The position numbers and the translations under genes are program-made. Shown here one piece after another: positions 37,954-48,100 of a DNA stretch of 64,000 nucleotides. The DNA is from Klebsiella phage vB_KpnP_PW7, in the sequence record PQ409239.1, one strand, 5' to 3'. The notes under the pieces are model-generated. The model was not told where the DNA came from and did not search any database. It saw only the letters and a list, made by a program, of their open reading frames with translations. The first letter of the stretch is position 1. Each line of letters starts with the position of its first letter.

Positions 37954-38448
37954 ATGGACACTAAGATTAACTTCCGTAACTACATTGGTACCAAAAGCTT
38001 ATTAGCTTTCCCAATGACCAAAGGTGATTACTGTAAGCTTCGTAACTGGGACTTACCGTCTAACGAGGAACCAGAAGAGGAAGGATACTTGGTTGAATAC
38101 CCCGACTCACTGTCCAATCATCCGGACTTCCGTGGCTACATCTCATGGTCACCAAAAGCTGTTTTTGAAGCAGCATATAATAGCTACACAGAGGGTTGTA
38201 CCTTTGGTCAAGCTATCGAGTTGCTTAAAGCAGGTCACCGAATGGCCCGTAAGGGTTGGAATGGAATTGGTATGTACATCACCTATGTACCTGCTGAAGA
38301 ATGGGCGAGTAGTGCATTAGAACGTCCATGGTCACATGACCTTAAGCCAATCCCATGGATTGGGATGAAGACAGTAGGTGATACCTTTGTACCGTGGTTA
38401 GCCTCTCAGTCTGATATTCTGGCAGAAGACTGGGTATTAGCAGAATAG
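37954..38448 (+). CDS. DUF2829-domain protein (Tad2-like, candidate anti-Thoeris sponge) with about 70-aa N-terminal extension
   Basis: FGQAIELLKAGHRMARKGWNG.GMYI and C-terminal VPWLASQSDILAEDWVL match the DUF2829 hallmarks as recalled (...LK.GKKV.RKGWNG... / ...PWlaSQtDlLAEDWei). Confidence 0.55.
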   Translation: MDTKINFRNYIGTKSLLAFPMTKGDYCKLRNWDLPSNEEPEEEGYLVEYPDSLSNHPDFRGYISWSPKAVFEAAYNSYTEGCTFGQAIELLKAGHRMARKGWNGIGMYITYVPAEEWASSALERPWSHDLKPIPWIGMKTVGDTFVPWLASQSDILAEDWVLAE

Positions 38449-38456
38449 GAACCATT

Positions 38457-38660
38457 ATGAACAAAGAGTTATTTCCACACCAGCAACGCATTATAGAGGA
38501 ACTTGAAGAATTGAAGACTAAGATTGAAAAACTTACAGTCTTCATGACTACTCCCTTATATGCTGGACTTTCTGCAAGTGACCGTAACCTACTTAATATT
38601 CAACTGAGTGCAATGAAGACTTACGGTTACGTTCTTGAACTTCGCATTGAGAAGTTTTAG
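38457..38660 (+). CDS. hypothetical small protein (coiled-coil)
   Basis: 67-aa ORF. Confidence 0.35.
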   Translation: MNKELFPHQQRIIEELEELKTKIEKLTVFMTTPLYAGLSASDRNLLNIQLSAMKTYGYVLELRIEKF

Positions 38661-38670
38661 GGAGCCAGTG

Positions 38671-38919
38671 ATGGAAATCAATCCAGTTATTGGTTTTGCT
38701 AGTGTAAAGGTAGTGACCAAAGGGGGTAAGTTTATCAGTAAACCTACCTACCTGCATCGTTTACCTGTAGGAGAAAGTGAAGACTCAATTGATATCAATA
38801 AGATTGAAAATGAGTTGTTAACTGGGCTGCGTAAAGTAGTAGAGCAGCATCCACCCACAGAGTACGAAAGTAACTTTGGCTACTACCTAGAATACACCAA
38901 GGCAAGTTATCCCAAATGA
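38671..38919 (+). CDS. hypothetical small protein
   Basis: Start MEINPVIG with RBS AGGGAG. Confidence 0.35.
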   Translation: MEINPVIGFASVKVVTKGGKFISKPTYLHRLPVGESEDSIDINKIENELLTGLRKVVEQHPPTEYESNFGYYLEYTKASYPK

Positions 38920-38926
38920 GTAGCTT

Positions 38927-39160
38927 ATGGGAGAATTCTTTAAGAAAGGCTCTATTGTACCGAAGAGACTAGGCTTAGCAGATATACCGAAAAAAGTTAG
39001 ACATCAATTAATATTTAATTGTAACTGTATAGTAGTAGGCAAGGTAATAATGCCACTTAAACGAGATGAACCTGTCTTTTTCTTAAAAGCTGGGGGAGTC
39101 AAAAAACTCAGTTACATCAAGTTTAAAAACATCAGTATATCAACAATACTTTGTGTATAA
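38927..39160 (+). CDS. hypothetical small protein
   Basis: 77 aa, last forward-strand ORF. Confidence 0.3.
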   Translation: MGEFFKKGSIVPKRLGLADIPKKVRHQLIFNCNCIVVGKVIMPLKRDEPVFFLKAGGVKKLSYIKFKNISISTILCV

Positions 39161-39161
39161 G

Positions 39162-39192
39162 AAAAGCCCCTCTATTGAGGGGCTTATTTTTT
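39162..39192. terminator. bidirectional rho-independent terminator at the convergent strand switch
   Basis: AAGCCCCTC tatt GAGGGGCTT flanked by AAAA on the left and TTTTTT on the right; separates the forward-strand genes from the reverse-strand vRNAP stop. Confidence 0.75.
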
Positions 39193-42100
39193 AATTTACC
39201 AGGTTATGCCATGGGTTAAGGCTAGGTGCTCGTAAGCCCTGACCAAACCCGAAGGAATAATCCAGTCTGCCATCTGCCATCAGGCTAAACATGTTGTCCT
39301 GAATAGGCAGACCTACATTACCAAACATGGTAGGAGCAGGAACCACGGTAGCAATCAGCGAGTGCACTGGGTTGTTACGAATCATGGATACTGCAACCTT
39401 AGCTGAACGAATCTTAAAGTTGTAGAACCACATAAGACCCATGCTTTCCATATAACCACGGAAACGACCAGGTAGACGGTCATAGTTAACAAACTCTTCC
39501 GTAACACGACCAAGTGCTTCTGCTTTGCCCATCTTCTTACGCTTAGTCAGGTCATCATAGATGATTGCTTTAGCGATAAAGTCAGAGTACTCAACAGTTT
39601 TCTGAATACCTTGGAACAGTGCAGTATCCTTGGTAATGAGTGCGTAACGACCAGCAGTACGTAAACCTTTAGGCAGCTTGTTAGCCAGCTGGTCAATGTA
39701 CTGGTGCAGCTTACCTTCGGTAATGAGAATCTCATCACGACCGATACCAGAGTCAGCGATAGAAGAGAACTCACCACGTTCAATCAGAGGCCAAATCGAC
39801 ATACGCTTGTGGCTGTCAGTAATAGACTGAATCTCAGCTTCAAGCTTACGTGACTGGTTCGGATTGGTAGAGGCACGTAATTCCGCTTCTGCTTCAATCT
39901 GACGAATACGGCTTTTAAGATACTGGTTAATCTCACTGGTTTTACGAGGAAGGTTAACAGCAATATCCTTAACCGGTACACCACGACCAATCATCTGATA
40001 GATGTTAGCCAGGAAGTTAACAGCAGGAACCACCATAGACTTAACAACAATCAGAGTCTTGGCATCCTTAACAGCACTCTGAATAGTATTCTCAGCATTC
40101 ATCATGTAACGGTAAGCTTTGTTACCGAATGCACCAATGAACATCTTCTTAACGGTGTCCAGAGTTTCATCATTCCAACGACTATTACCAGTCCATGCAT
40201 CACCTACAGAAGCAGAGCGATAACCGAATGCATCATTTAGCATGTCACGGCGTACCCACAACTGATTCTCACCAAAGAGACTTTCAGCCTTTTTACGAGT
40301 CTCAAGGTTCATCAGCTTAACAGCATCAGACAATACAGCATCGTTAGTCTGGCCAAATACATTGACGTACTGAGACTGGTTAGAAGAAGACTCTTTCAGG
40401 TCAGCTTCATACATGTCATGCAGACGTTCAATGAGTGCATCGTTGTAAGCCTGTGCTTTAGCCTCTTCTACCTGACGACCACGCCATACGCCAACCATCT
40501 TAGCGAAGTGGTTATCCTGGTTCAGATGCTTAAGCATATCCGGGTTAACAGAACGCTCATACGCTACCACCATGCCCTTATCATCGTAGATTGGTAACAG
40601 AGGCTCATCACCACGCTCACCACGTGCCATAGCCTTCTGGATGCGTTTTACAGTGTGCATATCTGTAATACGCCCAGCTACCATAGTGTTCATGGTGAAG
40701 CCAGTTCCTACGTCTACTCCATTAGCAGTGTCACGAACGTTTTGCAGGATACCCTGACTAAACGGAGCACGTGCAGCCACAGGACTGAAGTAGTAACCAC
40801 GGCTGGCTTTATTAGTGTCAGCTGAGGAACCAGTGTAAGTACCTACACGAACGTAGGAACGCTCATTGAGTAACCCAAAGTCACCATCTTCAGCTACGAT
40901 GAGGTTAACGCCCTGTTGCTGCATAGTAGGGATGTAACCTTTGTAGCTGTTCAGTTTGGTACGTGGGTCACTGTTAGCCTTACGTACTTCTTCCACACGC
41001 TGGCCTACCATGTAAGACAGAGAGAAATCCATACCTTCAACTTCGCTTTGAGCCAGGGAAGAGAGAATATCCCGGTCAGCCTTGTTCATGGTTTCCAGTG
41101 CATAGAGAGTAATCAGCTTATCCAGTGCAGCTACATCTACAGTTGATTTAGCAGCAGTACGTTCACCGAGCAAACGACTAATAGCGTATGCGTTACGGAG
41201 TAAGTTATTACCTACCACACCGGTAATCATGTACTTAGCTAACTGCTTAGACTTACGTTCAATGAGTCCCCAGTTACGACCAGCTTGGGCAGACAAGCTT
41301 GCTTCCAGCTTATTGATTTCTGCATCAACAAGTTTGCTGTCAGACAGCAGGTCACGGATATCACCCATGCTCATGGTTTCACGCAAAACAGCAAGGTCAG
41401 TTTTACCCAAACCAGTGTGCATTGCTCCCCACTCTTCTTTGCTGAGTTCACGGGTAAACTTCTCAGCAATAATAGTTGGAAGGTTTTCACGGAACTGCTG
41501 ACGGTCTTGTTGAATCTGAGAACGAACAGCTTTAATCATGTCGTAGACATTAGCGTTAGTCTTAGTACGACCAACAATATCGTTAACCAGGTCATGGAAA
41601 GGTTTCCATACTTTACCCTGGTTCATAGCAGCCATCACACCCTGTGCAACCTTCTCCCCGTTCTTCTCTGTGGCAACAGCAGCAACAAGCTGTGCAGCAT
41701 GTGCAGTAGCTTTGACCAGTGGATTACTGGTATTAGCTGCCACATCACGAGCACGGTCCAGAGTAGCATCAGCCAGACGCTCTACCCCATCAATCACATA
41801 CTGATTAGCACGGTCAATCATACTGCCAGTAGGGTTAGCTACTGAGTCATAGAACGACTCACGGTTAAGAGAAGCTTCCGTTATACGGTTAGTCAGTGCA
41901 TCAATGCTTTCTTGTACATTCTGAGACTTATTATCACCAGCCAGACGAGTATTAAGGGATTCCATTGCCTGAGTACCAGCATTGGTCAGGATATTGTCCA
42001 GAGTGTTATTCAGTTTAAGGTCAGCTTTAGGTACAGGCATCTTTTCCAATACAGCACGGAATTCATCGTTAACCATAGCCAGCCCCATGAACACAGGCAG

Positions 42101-45100
42101 CAGAGTAGAACGACCTTGTTTATCAGTACCAGCAATATTGGTACCAAGTACAGTGTTGAACTTCTCCTGTGCATAGTAACGGTCAGCCGGGTCAGTGCTA
42201 TCTGGATTACTCATAAAGTCTTCCACCTTCAGGTTTTTAGACACATGAGCAAACAGCTCCTGAGCACGTGACATAGCTAATGAGTCAATCTGTGCTTCAG
42301 TAGCCATAGCAGCTACAACCATCTGGAACACTGACTGTTCTTGCATGGTCATAGGGAAACCATGAGCCTGTACAGAACGAGTCATACTGGTAGCCAGCAT
42401 CAGTGCATCTTGCACCTTACCTTTACGCTCAATCTGGTCAACTGGGCTAACACGCAAGTAGTTAGTAACCAGGTTATCAAACGTTTTGTTCAGCTCAGTA
42501 AGACGGTCATTGTTACCGTAGGTAGTGTTATGGAACAGGGTACCATCGGTAGCAGTAGCCTGAGTTGTAGGCTGACTACGCATAAGTACAGCACTGTTAA
42601 ACAGCAGATTGCTAAACATGTCATCTGCTACTTTCGGTGCAACCTTACGCCCCCAAATCAGTTTCTTAATTGCTGCATAAACGTCTTTAGCAATTCGAAC
42701 CACGGAAAGGGTTGTCTTCTGTTTCATAGTCAGAGCACGGTTAGTCAAACCCCATGCCATGAACTCGTTAACAGCAGCAGCCTTAGCTAAACCTGGTTCT
42801 ACAAAACCGTTATTAAGATGTCCGTCAATGGTATACAAGGCATCTTCATAGGCATCACGCATTGCTGGATTTTCCCGTGACATATCCAGATTACGGAATT
42901 GCTCCATAAGTTGCTCAATGTTTTCCACAGCATCTTTAACAGTTGGGTCAGAATTCTCGTTGCTATAATGAGCAAGCACTTTTTCAAACGTAGCAGCGTG
43001 AACCAACTCATGAACAAGAGTTTCCATTGATGGACTAACCAGATAAATAGTCTGGTCATCAAAGTTAGTCCAACCATGGATATCACCTTCTTGAGCAGCT
43101 TCCATTTCCTGAGAAGACAATTCAGTCAGGTTCTTCTCTTTGGCGTATGCAGACAACTGAGCAGGTGTACCGTAGATAACCTTATAGTCTTTAGCTGATA
43201 GAGACTTTTGAATCTCGTTAAGGACAGCAGACTGTTCAGCAGTCATCTTCATAGCTTTAGCCAAATTGCTAATAGCTGTGTTAGATAGAATACGTACACC
43301 AGTCTTATGAGCACGGCCTACAGTATCAAAGCCTACCTCTGGTTTAGCCTTAACAGGTTTGGTAGCAGATTTGCGAGACTGAAGCTCTTCGTCAAACAGA
43401 CGGTTGAGTTCAGCTACTTGCTCATCAACAGTCATGTTACTCAGGTCAATCTTCCCTTGGTTCACATAAGGAGCACCAACAGCAGCCATCTGGTCAACAG
43501 TGGTCTGTACCTTATCCATTATCTTGTGGCGAATATCTACACCCAGGGCAATATTACGAAGGTTACGTTCGATTTGTGCACTAGCAGCCTGAATATCATC
43601 AATGGTTGCTTTTTCACGTTCTGTGAATTCCAGAGCAGACGCTTTAATTGCATCAATTGCTTCTGGAGACAGCTCGTTAAAGTCAACGTTCTTCATGAAC
43701 TTAGCGAAAGAGTCATAAACGTTTTTAATTGGGTTGCCTTGCCAAGAGGTGTATACAGCCTCGTTAGCTTTACGGGAAGCATCCTCAATATCGTTCAGAC
43801 CAATGTTCATACCATCAAAGATTTTCAGAGTGTTCTTTGGTGCACCCTTCATAGTAGACAGGGTCTGCATCATCATCCCATCACCAGTACCAATGGTCAT
43901 GAATGGGATACCAGCAACGCCAGCCTGAGAAGGTGCGTAGATGCTCATAGGAACACGCATACGGTCATCGAGATTAGTAGCCAAAACTTGGTTAGCCACT
44001 TCACTGTTTTCTGAACCAGCAATATAGAAAGTCTGGGAACCAGTCTCAATCATTGGGGCCAGATTGTTCAGTGATGCCTGAATGTCGTTAAGTTCTTTCT
44101 GAGTAAGGAAATCACCCTTCTTCCATGTTGGGTCTTTTTCTTTTTCCAGAAGCTTTGCTTGAACACGCTGTTTGAACAGGTCTTCCAGTACCACAGACTG
44201 AATCTGAGTAGCCTTCTGAAGTTGTTCAGTAGAGAACATCAGACCTTGCCCAACAGTCTGGCTAATACCTTCTCTCATTGGTTCAACGAAGAAGTGCAGC
44301 ATGTTTTCCTGCAAGGCTTTAAGTTGCTCACCCTGTACAGTGAATTTTTGTGGGTTCAGTTTACCCTTCATGCCTGGACCTGCTTCTTCAATCTGAAGAA
44401 CGTTCTTACGCTTAACAGGGATAGCAGAAGTAAGTGCATCCATATCAGCAAGAAAACGCTTAAGCATTTGTTCAGCATGCTCTTCAGAAGCAGCCTGTTT
44501 ACCGAACATTGCCATAGCAGCAGATACATTAGGATTGTTGGCACGTGCCTGGAGAACGTCAGACATACGCTCATAGATAGCATCAGTAATTGCACTAACC
44601 ATCTTCCCTGCAATACCACGAGCACCGGAACCATAGATGGTAATGGTCAGTGGATTCTTAGCAATACCACGCTTAAGCTCAAGGGTACCGTCCTCACGCA
44701 AAGTAAGGTCAGGCAGGAACAAATCCATCAGTGAAGTCAGATGATTCATCTGAGTACTGATAGAAGGGTTACTAGCATAGCTATTACGCAGAGCAGTAAG
44801 AGATGCTTTCAGTGCATTAGTAGAGGCTTCATAAAGGTCTACGCTGTCATCAATAGAACGATGTTCGTTCATTGTCTTACCAGCTTTACCGAAGAATAAA
44901 CCACCCTTAGCAACGTTAGTCAGCCACTCTTTAGAAAACTTACCACCAGTCATCAATACCATTGCGTTGATAGGGCCGTTAGTAACACCGTCAGCTTCTA
45001 CATACAGTGGAGTATTGAATGCTGATTTATCCTCTGCATTCAAATAACGGGCATATTCCATCAGAGCCATGAGGGCTACGAAAGACTTATCACCACCCAG

Positions 45101-48100
45101 TGCAGTATTCAGGATTTCAACGGAGTTATCTGGTAAGGAACCAGTCTTGTTGAAATCAACCATCATATCTACAGCAGGTTTCAGTTTAACCTCCAGAGCA
45201 GCAGTCAGCTTCTGTGCCATGGCATCCCGACTCATGTTATGAACCTTAATACCAAGTGCCTGAGCCAGCCCTAACTGGAATGCTGAGAAGTCAGCAGAGT
45301 TCTGAGAAGACAAGTCCAGAGTAGCTTTAGTAGGCAGAATAGCCTCACGAACCAGTTTGGCTGATTGTGGGTTGTACTTACCTAACATCTGCATACGCCC
45401 AACACGGGTCATGTTGTAACCGTAGTGGATTGGAACCTCTGAGATATTCTCAGACTGAGCACGTACCTGGTTAATAACGTTAAACAGATGGTCATAAGAT
45501 GCAGCTACGGAAAGGTTTTTACCTTCCATAGAACGAGCAGTGTTTACGTTAAGCAGTTCAGGATTAACGGTACCAGCACCTAACAGAGCAAGGATGTTGT
45601 CACGTCCCATGGCTTCATAGAAGTTAACCATTGGCTCATGTACAAAGAACTCAGTCTCTTGTTCTGCTTTAAGGGCTTTACGCTGTTCGGGAGTATTCTG
45701 CACAGCTGGGTTACGTAACTGATTACGAGGCACAGCAGGTATATCATCACCAAAGTAAATCTTCTCTTCTGGTTCTACCAATACAGCTTCTTCAATAGCA
45801 GTAGGGAACTTATTGATTGGGTCGGCTTCATCCAGTTTAGAGATAGAGTACAGACCAACAGTCTTATTGTTGTCCGGGTCAAACTCATTCATGTTGATGA
45901 TGGTTTCTGTAACGTCACCAGACTCAACAAAAGCAGCCAGCATTTCAGCAGCCATAGCAGCAGGAATACCTTTAGTGTAACCCAGTGGTGCATTAGGGTT
46001 ACGCTCTAATCCCCAGTAAGACTCAATCTTTTGAGCCAAGGAGTTAGTAGCTTCAACCAGAGTCATACCATTTTCAAAGGTTTCAACGAGGCCATCCGGT
46101 AACAGGGATTGGTCCATACCGGTAATAGCAGCTACGTCTTTAGCATCTTTGATGGCAGAGTTCTGTACAGCAGTGAGTCGCCATTGCAGACCAGCAAGTA
46201 CAGCAGTCTGTAGCAGTTCCTCATTGTATTTGAAGGTATCACCATCTTGCTCAACGATGTTAAGCAGCTTACCACCTACCCAACGGTTAGCTTCTGTACC
46301 CTCAGCAAAACGCTTACCAACGTTCTTGTTAGAGAGGAATTTCTCCATACGATTACGCAGTAAATCAGCAATACCCTCACCATGTTTCATCAGGTCACTG
46401 TAGCGTTTAGCCACATCACTGGTGAATGCTGGGTTAGCTTCGTCCTGATTTACGTATACTTCGTAACGAGCACGAGAAGACAGTGCCTTAGTCAGGTCAC
46501 TCAGTGGGGACTCAGAGCCTACGGTACGAGACTTAGGTTCTGCTGGTACGTTGAAAGACTTAACAAAGTAGTTGGTAACCTTCTCTGAGGAATACAGATT
46601 AGGGTACACAGCAGCAGTACCTTCTTTATTTTCAGTAGGTTGAGTGGTGGTATCCTCATTAGCGAGGGTAGCATCAGATTCAGCAGGTTCTACCTTTTCA
46701 GGTGTAGTCTTAGTTACTTTCTCTTCTTGTACGCTAACCTCTTTAACAGGAGTAGTATTTTCTACCACTGGTTCTGTTACAGTAGGTTTGGCCTCCTGAG
46801 TTTGTGCAGGAGATTCTTTAACCTGATTCACCGGTTGGGCAGTCTGTTGAGATGAGGCAGCGTCACGATTGCTTTGACGGAAAGCCTTAACCACCTGAGC
46901 AGCTGTATCGTTCAGACGTGAATCCAAAGAGGTAACTTCGATATGAGGAACTTTCAGCTCCGGGTAAGCCGAGGCGAGAGCATTGGCAATATCGCCTACG
47001 GTTTTAGCTTCAAGCCCTACCTGTTGGGCAAACTTAACAGACTTGGTATCGTAGGGATTGACACCAAGACCGGTACGACTACGAACCCATTCACGGGAGG
47101 GCGTGAGAGCCTGATAATGGACAGACTTATTCTTATCCGCATTCCCAGAAACAAGATGCTCGTTCAACGCTCCAACCTTATTGCTCATGTGCTGGGCGAA
47201 TTGCATAAAGTCGTTGAGGTAAGCGGCGGCGAGGTCGAGGTTACCAGAGTTATACGCAGACCGAATACGCTGAGCATGCTGCAACGCAGAGTACTGACCT
47301 TCCTCCGTTCTACTCTCATCGGTTTTAATCTGCTTACCCACAATGTCTTGAGGGCGAAGACCTAAGCGTTCAGCTTCGGTATCGAACTCACGAGCACCTT
47401 TCAAGAGGGCAGCAGCAGTAGTTAATGCAGCCCTCTGACGGTTATTCAGCTGAATACGACCTTCACTAGCATGTTTAAGAACCATGTCCACTGATTCAGG
47501 GGAAAGTTTTTCAGGAGCAACCTGTGCAGCCATTGCTACGTTATTAACTTCCTGCTGAGTAGGATTCTCACCAACTTCCAGTTTGCCTTGTTCTGCTGCC
47601 TCAGTAACCATACGGTTAATAGCACGGAAAGCACGAGCAACCTTTGGAGTATTCTGAATGTTGGCGATAAGGCCAGAGTACTGGTCAAGTACAGCATTAG
47701 CTGGTGAGTCGCTAGGCAGGTTATTCAGAGCAGCCGGGTCACGGTTTACAAACTCTTCAAAGCCCATTACCCCATCATACAGATAAGAGGCAGCAGTCAT
47801 CAGTGCCTGTGGGTCAGTCTCTTCTGTAGAGTTAACCAGGTCTGCTAATTTCTGAATAGCTTCTACACGGTTAGTGGAACCAGTGACAGCAGCTTTAACT
47901 GCATCTGGTGCATCAGCATATTCAGCTTCATCAAAACGAGTAGCATTAACCAGGTCAGAAGCATAACGGTAAGCAGCTTCTTTCTGTTCCGGGGTAGCAT
48001 CAGTTTCGTTAACAGCAGTGTACAGTGTCTCTTCTGCATTAGCAGCCTGTGCTGTGGCTTCCTGTGCAGCAGCCTGAACGGTTTCGTCAGCTACAGGGGA

